From: a virus
Taxonomy: Duplodnaviria > Caudoviricetes
Direction: 5' to 3' (one strand)
DNA length: 64,000 nt
IMG/VR virus record: IMGVR_UViG_2919450847_000005
Span: 19,130 to 83,129 of that record
The notes under the pieces were generated by a model. That model did no database searches, was not told the DNA's origin, and worked only from the letters and a program-made list of their open reading frames with translations. Position 1 is the stretch's first letter; each line of letters begins with the position of its first letter. Positions 9,453 to 18,784 of the stretch are shown one piece after another. Made by a program: the position numbers and the translations under genes.

Positions 9453-11530
9453 TACCAGAAGCTCTCTTTGCGGCCTCCCCAAAAGCTCGAGGACCGCCGC
9501 GCCCCCTGCCGGGGAGGCGAGGCTGGCGGAGTTCCGGATGGAGGCGGGACGTCGGGGGGCGGATCGGCGGCGGCCCGCCTAATCAGCGGCGGCCCGTCGC
9601 GCAGCTTGGAGAGGTTGAGCATCACGAGGGCCGCGCCCTGCATGGCCTCGCAGTCGAGGAAGTGGTTCTCTCTTGAGCGTCGAGCCCACTTTACCTTGCC
9701 GTTCGGAGCCACCGTGCGCGCTTCAGCGACGATCTGTCGGCAGTAGTCTTCCGTGATGTCCTTCGGAAGATACCAAGATCCCGGCGTGTTGTGCAGCCAT
9801 CTCACCTTCTGCTGAACCCAAGATTTAAGATAATCTGGGTCCAGAAAGACGAGATCGATGCCTTTCTTTATTTCCTTGCCATTGATCTTGATGTCGATCT
9901 TGCTCACGGAGATCGGCTTGCGCATTGGGCGCGACGAGCCCTTGGTGGCGCGTACCAGGTTGGGGAACCGACGTGCGAAAGCATAGACCCGATGTTCGGG
10001 AACTATGTACGGCTTGCCGGGGCGGAAGCCTGAATCAACCAGCACCAGCTTGAGCGGCATGCCGCTATAGGCCTTCGGGTCGGTGATGATGTCGGCGAGT
10101 TGCGCCCAGACATCCTCGTCCTCTGGCGCGCCCATCAACTCCGCGGCGTCCACCAGCCAGGACGTTCCGAACGCGCCCCATGCACGCACGGTGAAGACGA
10201 GACGATCCTTCTGCACGTCGACGGTCATGGTCAACACGCGGCTGCCCGCTGGGACAACCCCCATCTTGTAGCTGTCGATCGCGCAGTTCTGGACCTCCTT
10301 CCACTCCGGCACGTCCCCGCCGCCCGGCGCGTAAAGCTCTCCGAACCCCGCGTTCTTCGCGGTCTGGACGTCGCCCGGATTGCCGGATCGAACTGCCTCT
10401 ACATACTCGGCGGCGCGCTGACCGAACGATACGAACGGCGAGCACAGGCCAGACGCCCAATAGCTGATCGTCCAACTCTCCGGCGGTAGGCCGTGCACGA
10501 TACCGTCGGAGGTGACGCGCTGCCCCGGCGCCACGTAGACGCCGCGGCGGTTCATCTCCTCCTTGTGCGACTCGAGGATGGGATCGGCGCACCCCTGCGG
10601 GCATTGGAGGTATGCGGTCTTGCCCGCCAGGACCGGGGTCGAGGGCCGTTCCTTTCCGTCCTTACCCTTCGGCTTTTCCCACTTCAGGCACTCGAACCGA
10701 GGGATGAAATACTCGGCGCAATGCGGGCAGGGCCAAGCCCAGTGATAGCGCGTTCCGCTGAGCCAGAGGCGCCAGATCGTCGATTGAACCTGCGCCTGCA
10801 GCTCTTCCTCATCCTCGGGGCAGGACCAGAAGTCGAGGCCGCTCTCTTCGTCCCTCTCCACCTCGGCAACCCCCTCGCTCGGCGTCGACGTGATGACGTG
10901 GACGAAGTCCGCATAGGTGTACCCTCGGGCGTCCACCGCCGCGACCGGGTTACCGAGACCCTTCAGCGTGGCCATCATCTCGTCGGCTTCGTCGGTGAGC
11001 GCTAAGCCGATCGAATCTGATTTCAGCTCGCCGCTGGATCCGCCATGGGCCATGCGCAGAGAGACGCCGCTTACAATGCGCGCGGTCTTCATCTGCATCC
11101 GACTTGGCGCCATCAAGCTAGCGAGGCTCGTGTTCTCGAGCAGGTCGTCCATGCGCGGGGATAGCCGCTTGCGGATGAAGCCTTCCGAAGGGGCGACCCA
11201 CAAAATCGGCACCGGCGACGTGGCGAGGCGCGTGCCGGCGATGTCGAGCATCGTCTCGGTCTTGCCCATCTGCGCGCCGACCACCACGACGATGCGCCGA
11301 TGCAGCCGGGAGTGCGCGGCCAGCGCCGGCGCGATCATGTAGGGGGTCTTGTAAGGATCGCGGGGCCCCGGCACGCCAGTCGAGGATTTATGAACGCGGT
11401 TCTCGGCCGCCCATTCAGGCGGCGTCTTCTGGGGCTTGGGCTGCCATAGCCGAATTGCCGACTCGTAGAGCTTGCTGGCGTTTTGCCGCGCGATCGGCCA
11501 ATCGTAGTCGGCCCTTGTCGATGATGCCAT
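9452..11530 (-). CDS. Terminase large subunit (lambda GpA family)
   Basis: GAQMGKT, LTDEADE, TSTPS, CPHC, VDVQKDRL, VDSGFR, NHFLDCE. Confidence 0.95.
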   Translation of the reverse strand: MASSTRADYDWPIARQNASKLYESAIRLWQPKPQKTPPEWAAENRVHKSSTGVPGPRDPYKTPYMIAPALAAHSRLHRRIVVVVGAQMGKTETMLDIAGTRLATSPVPILWVAPSEGFIRKRLSPRMDDLLENTSLASLMAPSRMQMKTARIVSGVSLRMAHGGSSGELKSDSIGLALTDEADEMMATLKGLGNPVAAVDARGYTYADFVHVITSTPSEGVAEVERDEESGLDFWSCPEDEEELQAQVQSTIWRLWLSGTRYHWAWPCPHCAEYFIPRFECLKWEKPKGKDGKERPSTPVLAGKTAYLQCPQGCADPILESHKEEMNRRGVYVAPGQRVTSDGIVHGLPPESWTISYWASGLCSPFVSFGQRAAEYVEAVRSGNPGDVQTAKNAGFGELYAPGGGDVPEWKEVQNCAIDSYKMGVVPAGSRVLTMTVDVQKDRLVFTVRAWGAFGTSWLVDAAELMGAPEDEDVWAQLADIITDPKAYSGMPLKLVLVDSGFRPGKPYIVPEHRVYAFARRFPNLVRATKGSSRPMRKPISVSKIDIKINGKEIKKGIDLVFLDPDYLKSWVQQKVRWLHNTPGSWYLPKDITEDYCRQIVAEARTVAPNGKVKWARRSRENHFLDCEAMQGAALVMLNLSKLRDGPPLIRRAAADPPPDVPPPSGTPPASPPRQGARRSSSFWGGRKESFW

Positions 11531-11948
11531 TGAGCCGCTGCCTCTCCGCCGGGGTGCTCGAAATCTCGGCCGGCAGACCTTGAAGCCATGTGATGAAATC
11601 GGCGATCAGCCCCTGCGTGACGGCATCCGCAAGATCGAGGGGGATGAGCTCGCCTTCCTTCTGCAAACGCTTCATTCGAAAATCGAGCGCGCGTTCTGTG
11701 TGCCAGTCATCGACAGACCCGGTGGCGACCTTCTTCTCAGCGCTGGCGCGAAGGAACTCGCAATAGGCGGCCGTCGCCATATCCGGGTCGAACTGACCAC
11801 GGCCGATTGCTGGGATCGTTCCTTCTTTCACGAGCTGTTGCAGCCACCGCGTCTTGATGCCGAGATGCTTCGCCATGCCCTGAGAACTCAGGCTGATGCC
11901 ACTCAGATCGTCGCGGCGCACGTCCGCCGGCTTCCGCTTGGTGACCAT
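11415..11948 (-). CDS. Terminase small subunit (Nu1-like)
   Basis: N-terminal winged HTH (MAKHLGIKTRWLQQLVKEGTIP); directly upstream of terL, overlapping it. Confidence 0.8.
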   Translation of the reverse strand: MVTKRKPADVRRDDLSGISLSSQGMAKHLGIKTRWLQQLVKEGTIPAIGRGQFDPDMATAAYCEFLRASAEKKVATGSVDDWHTERALDFRMKRLQKEGELIPLDLADAVTQGLIADFITWLQGLPAEISSTPAERQRLNGIIDKGRLRLADRAAKRQQALRVGNSAMAAQAPEDAA

Positions 11949-12634
11949 CAGAACCTCATCAGCTTGGTCAGTCGCTTTTCGACGGATTGCAGCAGGAATA
12001 CCGGCCCCTCCCTCATGAAGATCTCGAGGGATTCATCCTCGGGAATTTCCTTCATGAGCGACGGACCGAACAGCCGGCGGACCTTGCCGTACTGGACGTT
12101 CGTCGACGCGAAGCGGCCATTGGCGCCGCGCGGCTGGTTCTCCTTCAGCCCGTAGGTCCAGAGGATTTTCGGTGCCTGGCTGGTCGTGCCAGCTTCTGGT
12201 GGCCGGAACGCATAGAACCCGCTGTCAGTCGCGAACGACCGCTTGAACACACGCGGGTTGTTCCACACGCTCGACCTGACTGTGCCGCGTTCGATGCCGC
12301 GGCGGCCCAGGTTCATGCGGTTCGATCGCGCCACGGCACGCAGGCCGCGGTACTCTTCGATGTCCGTTCCACCCTTCACGCCGAAGATGTCGAAGGCGAG
12401 CAGTTCCCGGCGCGGGATGCCCCGCGTCCCGGCCACCACGTAGCTCTGGTAGTTGCCCGACCGCAGCGCCATCTGGTGCGCCACGGCCTTCTGCACTCGG
12501 GTCTTGATCTTGCGGCCGGCATCCACCACGCCGCGATGCAGCTCAGTGCGCGCTCGCTCACTCGCCAGGATCTCCGCCATCCCGGCGAAGCGGCCAATCA
12601 GCTGCAGATCCTTCCCGCTTTTCACGATGCGCAT
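11948..12634 (-). CDS. Putative minor tail/neck protein (GPZ-like), first late gene
   Basis: Basic 228-aa ORF with RBS; C-terminal LFGPSLMKEI; coupled to terS. Confidence 0.55.
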   Translation of the reverse strand: MRIVKSGKDLQLIGRFAGMAEILASERARTELHRGVVDAGRKIKTRVQKAVAHQMALRSGNYQSYVVAGTRGIPRRELLAFDIFGVKGGTDIEEYRGLRAVARSNRMNLGRRGIERGTVRSSVWNNPRVFKRSFATDSGFYAFRPPEAGTTSQAPKILWTYGLKENQPRGANGRFASTNVQYGKVRRLFGPSLMKEIPEDESLEIFMREGPVFLLQSVEKRLTKLMRF

Positions 12635-13538
12635 AATGCGGGGCCCTCAACCTATTGGTGCTGTATCCCCGGGGGTCGAGGGCATTTCGCCATTCGGATT
12701 GCAACCTGAGATCGGCGACGTCGACCTCATCAAGCGAGGAAAGGCGCCCTGGAATACGAATCCGCAGCGCAAAATCAAAAGCCCCTCAAAGGGGCGGATA
12801 TCGCGCTGCCGCGCACCCGCGGAGGCCGGCCCCACCCCCCGAAGAACCTAACCCCGGGGGAGGGTTCCAACCCATTGGCAATGCTAGGCTTTATGCCGCG
12901 GAGGGCGCAGCGGCCGGAGGAGGGCAGGCGAGGGCAAACCCCTTGAAGCGCAAGGCTTTGGTGCCTGTAGCGTGGTGTGCCGCCGTGGTGCATCCCCCAA
13001 GGGTAGGGTGGCACGGGGCATGCTACGTGCGACGCGCACGGCTTTGCCGAATAGGCGCGGGCAGGGCATGGGGCTGGCGCTGTCGTCGCGGGGGGTGCGG
13101 GTGGCGTTCGCCGTGCCGGGGATCGCAGATCACTGCGAATCAGTTCCGACAGGCACACTGCGACCGTTCGGCGTCGGATATGACTCGCGGCGGGTGTGAC
13201 ACGCAAATGCAGCGTCGCGCGCTCCCCTGTCTCCTCCGCTTCGCTCTCCCTGTCCCTTCCCTGTCTTCTCCTCCCTTGAGGGTGGCTATGGGGCGGGGTT
13301 GCGACGGCGTATCGGCGGCGCAATGCGCACCTGGTGCGCGGGGTAAGGGGCTTGGTCGCCGGAGTGGCGCGAATCAGCCGGGTTTTTCTGCGTCTGTGCC
13401 TCGCAACCCGTTGATATTTCGAAGAAAGTTTTGCGCGGAGCGATCTGAAAAACTGGCAAAAACGGGCAAGTTTTCATGAGCTCCGGATTTTCGAAATCCT
13501 TATTTTTCAACGACTTACACATTTCATACGAAACGGCT

Positions 13539-13567
13539 TTGCATATCGTACAAAACGTACGAATATT
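13539..13567 (+). promoter_or_regulatory. Putative sigma70 promoter of the accessory operon with an overlapping GTAC-N5-GTAC operator (13548-13560)
   Basis: TTGCAT-N17-AATATT; the spacer contains CGTACAAAACGTAC, also found at 40589-40602. Confidence 0.6.
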
Positions 13568-13620
13568 CACTTGCCGACGCGGTGAGCCGCAGAGGCAGCC
13601 GGGCCGAAAGGCACCCGGCG

Positions 13621-13633
13621 GCTCTTTGAAAAT
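13621..13633 (+). promoter_or_regulatory. boxA-like antitermination element preceded by a GAAA-capped hairpin
   Basis: GCTCTTTGAAAAT resembles rrn/lambdoid boxA; hairpin GCCGGG-CCGAAAGG-CA-CCCGGC at 13598-13619. Confidence 0.5.
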
Positions 13634-14107
13634 CAGGCATCTGCTCTTGCCTTCCTGCCGGAAGGTGTACCGGGAACGTGGTTGCTTAGGCGACGTGGTT
13701 TCTGGCGATTGGACGGCAGGCGGGAGCGACAAGGGACGATGACGCAATAGGGGTGCATCCGTGTCGGCCGTGACGGGCTGGCCAGTGTACGGGCTTTGCA
13801 AGGGGGCTGCTTAGAACTGACCTTGCCGTGTGGATAGCGGGAGACCGTGCCAATCTGCACCATAGCCAGCGGGAACGCTGGTTTGAGCGAGCTGCGGCAT
13901 GCGGCGAGGCTTAGGAACCGGTCAACAAGCGGCCGGCGGGGCGGAGGGTCTAACCGCCGAAACAACCGAGACACAAACCCAATTCGTTGGAAGCCGGTGC
14001 GGTATGTGCTGCACCGGCTTTCAGCATTTCAGCGTCAAAGCGATGACGTCGCTTTGGCGGTGCAATGCACCTTCCCCCGCCGCTCATGGCACAAATGGAG
14101 ACCTCTC

Positions 14108-14656
14108 ATGACCAAGTTCACGATCCTGACCGGCGCCGCTATCGGCAAGGCCATCGCTGGTTTCGGCAAGGCAATCGAGACGTTCAAGGCGCGTGAGCAT
14201 CAGCTGGCGTTCTCGGCGCTTAACCACGTCGACATGCACAATGATCCCAAATATCTCAATGCCCTCTACGCGGCGACGCCGGCCAACTATCGCGGCGGCC
14301 TGCGCCTCTGGGCGACGCATTTCGGCGCCGTGAAGTTCGACGAAAAGGCGGAGTCGGGCCCGTTCGTCTACGCCAAGGGCAAGACGGCGGACATGGAAGG
14401 CGCGATGAACACGGCGCCGGCGGACTTCGTGAAGTCGCAGAAGGGCGACGCGGCAGACAAGGCGTTCGACATGGTCGTAGAGCTGGAGCGGCTGCTGAAG
14501 CGAGCTGGCGACAAGGGCGCCGGCCTGCGCGAGCTCAACGCGGTCAAGCTGGCGATTTCCAGCCTCAAGGGCGCCGAGATCGTCAGTGCCAAGCCGGCGC
14601 CGATCGTGAAGAAGGCCAAGCCGGCGGCCGTGGCCGAGGTGCAGGCCGCCGCCTGA
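14108..14656 (+). CDS. Hypothetical early phage protein, first gene of the accessory operon
   Basis: GGAGAC RBS, strongly biased codons; followed by a GC hairpin at about 14685-14708. Confidence 0.85.
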   Translation: MTKFTILTGAAIGKAIAGFGKAIETFKAREHQLAFSALNHVDMHNDPKYLNALYAATPANYRGGLRLWATHFGAVKFDEKAESGPFVYAKGKTADMEGAMNTAPADFVKSQKGDAADKAFDMVVELERLLKRAGDKGAGLRELNAVKLAISSLKGAEIVSAKPAPIVKKAKPAAVAEVQAAA

Positions 14657-14795
14657 CTGTCCTCGCCCTTCGCGGTAATTCAGGGGGGGCGGCGCTAATG
14701 CCGCCCCTGTCTGCCGTGTCCCTACGTGAGCGCGCCTTCTACGCGCTGACGCGGCGACATGCCGATCCCGCAATCATGCGACAATGGAGACTTCT

Positions 14796-15155
14796 ATGCG
14801 CCGCCCGACGCCCGTATTGCGTCCGCACTATCGCACGCCGTTCATCAGCCGGGAGGGCGCCCGCGCGCTCATTGCTGCCGCGGTGCTTTCGTTCACGGGT
14901 GCGGCCATCCCCGTCGCGCTGATCTTGAACGACATGCCGCAGATGCCGCTGGTGCAGCGCATCGCGTCGGCTCGCGCGGATGTGCTCGCCCGTCCGTGTT
15001 TCACCGACACGGACTGCCGGCGCCGCATCGCTGCGCACGGCGTGGATCCCGTCTACTATGAGGGGCCCGACGAGTGGCTGGAGTCCGGCTGCCTCGCGAA
15101 GCGTGATCGGACCGCGTGCGCCTATCTGGCGGCTTGGCGGCAGATCGAACCGTGA
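14796..15155 (+). CDS. Hypothetical protein with a TM segment and a Cys-containing C-terminus
   Basis: RBS GGAGAC 14786-14791; ORF track. Confidence 0.65.
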   Translation: MRRPTPVLRPHYRTPFISREGARALIAAAVLSFTGAAIPVALILNDMPQMPLVQRIASARADVLARPCFTDTDCRRRIAAHGVDPVYYEGPDEWLESGCLAKRDRTACAYLAAWRQIEP

Positions 15156-15376
15156 GCCAAGTTCACAATGAGCGCACCAAGCTGACAGCCAATGCGCTCG
15201 ACCGGGCCTCTACCGCCTGCCTGACGGTCGGGGTACTTGGGCCCGGCGCCGCCGCGCTCTACGGCGTGGGCGGAGCGTCGGCCGGCGGGTGGATCGTCGC
15301 CGGCGCCCTGCTTTGGCTGTCCGCCGCTGCGGTGCTACACTCCATGGCACGCCGCACCCTCGGGAGCCTCAGATGA
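15152..15376 (+). CDS. Small membrane protein
   Basis: GTG overlapping the upstream TGA; NERTKLTANALDRAST plus two hydrophobic segments. Confidence 0.7.
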   Translation: MSQVHNERTKLTANALDRASTACLTVGVLGPGAAALYGVGGASAGGWIVAGALLWLSAAAVLHSMARRTLGSLR

Positions 15377-15486
15377 CCGGCCTTTGGATCTTCGCCTTCG
15401 TGGTGCTGCCCATCGTCGTCGTCGCCATGGGCTATGCCGCCATGCGCCTCAACGAGCGCAACATCGGCCTTCCCGCCGGCGAATAG
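15373..15486 (+). CDS. Small single-TM protein (37 aa)
   Basis: ATGA coupling; MTGLWIFAFVVLPIVVVAMGYAAMRLNER. Confidence 0.65.
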   Translation: MTGLWIFAFVVLPIVVVAMGYAAMRLNERNIGLPAGE

Positions 15487-15512
15487 CCGCAGCACCAGCA
15501 CCATTCGCACAG

Positions 15513-15538
15513 GGCCGCCCGCTCTCGGGCGGCCTTTT
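15513..15538 (+). terminator. Rho-independent terminator
   Basis: GGCCGCCC-N6-GGGCGGCC-TTTT. Confidence 0.7.
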
Positions 15539-15728
15539 GCTTTCCCACGCCCGGGCTCTTCTGCGCCGCCGGCTGTAGGCGGGCATGAGACCGTGCGCAG
15601 CATAGGAGACTGCCATGCGCCGGGCCTGAAAGCCGGCTCCAGCACCATCGGCGGGAGATCAGCGCGCCCGTCCCGCCCGTGAAACCGGACGCGCACCCCT
15701 GCAATCATGCACCCCCACGGAGACCCCC

Positions 15729-15980
15729 ATGTTGCGCTACCTGCGCATGACGTGGATCGTTGTGCGGTTCTCGCTCAACGTCCGCGCCTCCTTCGCCGAC
15801 TTTGTCGAACTGCACGCCCTCTGCACGTTGGTCGTCGCCAGAGCCCAAACCCCGACCGGGCCCATGCTCCTTGGCCAGGCTCGCGCCAAGGTGCGCCGCA
15901 TGCGCATCGCTCGCGCGCTTTCCCGTGCCCGGCGGGAAGCGCCCCGCGGCTGGTACACGCCGCCGCCGCACGTCGCCTGA
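15729..15980 (+). CDS. Hypothetical protein
   Basis: Leader motif plus GGAGAC RBS. Confidence 0.55.
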   Translation: MLRYLRMTWIVVRFSLNVRASFADFVELHALCTLVVARAQTPTGPMLLGQARAKVRRMRIARALSRARREAPRGWYTPPPHVA

Positions 15981-15991
15981 CGGAGGCGGTC

Positions 15992-16222
15992 ATGAAGAGT
16001 CGCGACCGCCGAAAATGGCTGGAAATGCGCGCCGAGACGCTGGGCGATATCCGGTTCTGGCAGAATCAGCACCACCAGTCCTACGCGCTCGCCGTCTCAA
16101 GCATGGCCCTTAAGCGATACGGCCAAGCCGCCACCGCACAGCGCCGCCAAGCCTGCGCGCACACCAAAATGTCGGGCGCCCTCCGGCACCTCGCCGAGAT
16201 CAACGACGCGCTCGGGCTGTAG
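15992..16222 (+). CDS. Hypothetical protein
   Basis: GGAGG RBS; ATG 15992. Confidence 0.6.
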   Translation: MKSRDRRKWLEMRAETLGDIRFWQNQHHQSYALAVSSMALKRYGQAATAQRRQACAHTKMSGALRHLAEINDALGL

Positions 16223-16311
16223 CTCCTGCTGCACCTGCGCGCTTTCTCACGACCTGCACTTTCTTCGACGACCAGCACCCCGGCGAACATGCCTCCAGGA
16301 GACCAGCCCCC

Positions 16312-16503
16312 ATGAAACCCGCCATCCCCTACGTCTATCGCGTCAGCCGCCGTCAGCGCGCCCGCCGCAACCGGTGGACGCTGTCTGTCATCCCTCCGCA
16401 TGGCCAGCCCGACATCCTCGCCCGTTACGGCTCCCGCCGGCAGGCGGTCGAGGCCGCCGATATTCTCGCCTCATGCGGCGGGATGGTTGAGGTGCGGTCA
16501 TGA
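16312..16503 (+). CDS. Hypothetical protein
   Basis: Leader motif plus RBS. Confidence 0.6.
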   Translation: MKPAIPYVYRVSRRQRARRNRWTLSVIPPHGQPDILARYGSRRQAVEAADILASCGGMVEVRS

Positions 16504-16784
16504 TCAAGAACGCTCTGCACACGCCTCTGCGGCTCTCGGACCGCCGATCGGATGTGGTCACCAATGCATTCGGCGTCGACATCGCGCAGTGCATGTCGGT
16601 CGACCATGCTTTGCCGCTGATCCATGCCGCAAACTGCCATGACGACATGCTGGCGGCGCTGATCGGCCTCGTTGGTAACGGGTTCACTGACGAAGAGCTG
16701 GCGCGACGTTGGTCGTGGCGCATTGAGGATATCCGCACGGCCCGCGCCGCCATCGCCAAGGCGGAGGGCCGGGCCGATGGCTGA
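16500..16784 (+). CDS. Hypothetical protein
   Basis: ATGA coupling. Confidence 0.6.
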   Translation: MIKNALHTPLRLSDRRSDVVTNAFGVDIAQCMSVDHALPLIHAANCHDDMLAALIGLVGNGFTDEELARRWSWRIEDIRTARAAIAKAEGRADG

Positions 16785-17031
16785 GGCATCCGGCTTCTGC
16801 ACCTGGCTCGCCGCCCGCCATGGCACCCGCTGGTGCGTGGCGCAGCGCCTCACCGACCGCCTGCGTCGGCAGGGCTATGACCTCGCCCTGTCCCCGAAGA
16901 AGTATGCCGCGCTCGAGGCGGAATACGAGCGCCTGACCGGCGAGCAGGCCCGCCAGATCGCCGCCGACTATGAACGCCGCTACGGCGCGCCGCTCGCCGC
17001 CATGCTGAACGGGGGCTACACCAATGGCTAA
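16777..17031 (+). CDS. Hypothetical protein
   Basis: GGAG RBS; 8-nt overlap. Confidence 0.55.
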   Translation: MAEASGFCTWLAARHGTRWCVAQRLTDRLRRQGYDLALSPKKYAALEAEYERLTGEQARQIAADYERRYGAPLAAMLNGGYTNG

Positions 17032-17272
17032 GGGGAAAATCGTCTACCAGAAGTCCGTCGCGGTCGAGCCGAACGAGTCGATCACGGCCTACTGGTTCAA
17101 GCACTACCTGAACCCCGGCGTCGGCTTGTGCGGCCTGTGCGGGAACTCCGGCACGATCGACACCACGGCAACGGCGATCAGCGCCGCAGGGGTCCGCGCC
17201 GGCGGCCGGTTCCTCTGCATCTGTCCGAACGGGCAGGCTTTGCGCAATGCTGGAGAGCACCTCGATGCCTGA
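17024..17272 (+). CDS. Hypothetical zinc-finger-like protein
   Basis: CGLCGNSG...CICPNG; coupled. Confidence 0.65.
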   Translation: MAKGKIVYQKSVAVEPNESITAYWFKHYLNPGVGLCGLCGNSGTIDTTATAISAAGVRAGGRFLCICPNGQALRNAGEHLDA

Positions 17273-17552
17273 CCATCCCAACATCCGCCGCTTCCTCGAC
17301 CTGTCGACGGCGCACCTCAAGCTGGAGACGCGCGGCCTCTGGTCGACCACGTTCAATCGCCCGGTTCATGTCCACCAGATCGAGTACGGCTTCTTCGTCT
17401 GGGCCGGCACCGATGAGGACGATGGCACGGACGACGGCTGGCCGACCGAGGTCGCCGCCTGCCGCAAGCTCGCCCGCTCGCTCGACTGCGACTACCTGCT
17501 GTTCGACGCCGATGCGGACACCGTCGAAGGACTGGAGGTGTTCGATGACTAG
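17265..17552 (+). CDS. Hypothetical protein (LDLSTAHL motif, DUF5983-like)
   Basis: FLDLSTAHL...YGFFV...YLLFDADA. Confidence 0.7.
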   Translation: MPDHPNIRRFLDLSTAHLKLETRGLWSTTFNRPVHVHQIEYGFFVWAGTDEDDGTDDGWPTEVAACRKLARSLDCDYLLFDADADTVEGLEVFDD

Positions 17553-17781
17553 GTGGCTCTCCCCGACCGGCAGCCTGATCATCGGCACGCTGGAGAACAT
17601 CCCCGGCATCGCCCGGCTCATCGATATCAGCGACGATGGCCGCATCGAATACCTGGGCGGAACTGACATCCTTTGGGATGGGCAGGCGACCGTCCAGCGC
17701 GACGGCAAGTCGGTCTTCGTCGACGAGGGCGGGGACGAGTGGGCCTTCGACCAGCTGGTGAAGGCGCCGGCCGATGGATGA
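17545..17781 (+). CDS. Hypothetical protein
   Basis: GGAGG RBS; MTRWLSPTGSLIIGTLE. Confidence 0.65.
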   Translation: MTRWLSPTGSLIIGTLENIPGIARLIDISDDGRIEYLGGTDILWDGQATVQRDGKSVFVDEGGDEWAFDQLVKAPADG

Positions 17782-18382
17782 CCTCACCTCTCGACTAGCC
17801 GCTAAGCTCCGCGAGGTCTTAGAGTTCTTCAACGACGCGCCCCGCTTCAGCCTGCGCAACAACCGCCGGCGGGACTCCTATCAGATCGCCGGTGAGATCG
17901 ACCTCCTGCTCGAGGAAGCGGACGGTTCGGCCCCGCCACCCGCGCCTAGCATCCCCTCGGACACGGCGCTGAATGTCCGCATGTCGGACGCCAAGAGCTA
18001 CACGCCGCTGCAGATGGAGGCGGCTCTCTGCGCCTGGGAATGGATGCTCGAGCACCAGTCGCTTGGAGCCGACAACACCGACCTCTGGGAAGCCATGGGC
18101 GCCAGCGCCATGCGCAATTGCTCGATACAGGCCGGCTGCATCGCGCTGCTGGTCCACGAGCACATGGAGGCGCAGGGATACGAGTTCATCGGGGCGTACG
18201 ATTGGGAGTTCGTTCCCTCCATTCTGGAGCGGCTGGACTGGCGGGCACTGGCAAACGACAACCAGTATCACCTCGTGCCCTACAGGCCCGATGTCGCGGC
18301 GCTGTTCGTGGTCGTCCTCACCGCGGATATGGCAACTCATCCGCCTAGCCACCGCCTCTTTTTCAAGCGGGGCGCCGCATGA
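17774..18382 (+). CDS. Hypothetical protein
   Basis: 202-aa coupled ORF. Confidence 0.7.
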   Translation: MDDLTSRLAAKLREVLEFFNDAPRFSLRNNRRRDSYQIAGEIDLLLEEADGSAPPPAPSIPSDTALNVRMSDAKSYTPLQMEAALCAWEWMLEHQSLGADNTDLWEAMGASAMRNCSIQAGCIALLVHEHMEAQGYEFIGAYDWEFVPSILERLDWRALANDNQYHLVPYRPDVAALFVVVLTADMATHPPSHRLFFKRGAA

Positions 18383-18783
18383 TCGGCGACCTGTTCCGCG
18401 AGGCTCTCCCGCATCGGCTCGCGCCAGACCATCCCGTCCATCTTGTCGGCCCCTATGCCCGCCAGACTCTACACGGCTTCCGGCTCAAGTTCTGGTTCGC
18501 CATGACGGGGCACAAGGATGGCACTCGGAGGTACGAACTGGCTTTCGATGTCGGCGACCCGAAAGGCAGGCACAGGTATCGCGGATCGGGCGAGCCGGGC
18601 GACTATCGGGAGCACACCCTGCCGGGTGACCTGTCGCTCTATCCTTCGATGCCGTTCCCGGCGCACGGCCAGCGCATCGAAGACGCGCTGACGTCGATGC
18701 TCACCGGAGACGACCTTGCCGACGTCGTTCGGCTCACGCGCTTCGGCATCATGCCGGCGCGCTGCATCATCGAGGAGGGCTGA
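18379..18783 (+). CDS. Paralog-family protein 1 (most divergent member)
   Basis: FWFAM...YELAFDV; C-terminal DALTSMLTGDDLADVVRL. Confidence 0.65.
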   Translation: MIGDLFREALPHRLAPDHPVHLVGPYARQTLHGFRLKFWFAMTGHKDGTRRYELAFDVGDPKGRHRYRGSGEPGDYREHTLPGDLSLYPSMPFPAHGQRIEDALTSMLTGDDLADVVRLTRFGIMPARCIIEEG

Positions 18784-18784
18784 C

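Noticed and set aside
12647-14050. Track ORFs 12655-13479, 12775-13323, 13286-13801 and the N-terminal extension from 13847
   Set aside because: Low-complexity Arg/Pro/Gly translations without RBS, overlapping promoter, operator and hairpins.
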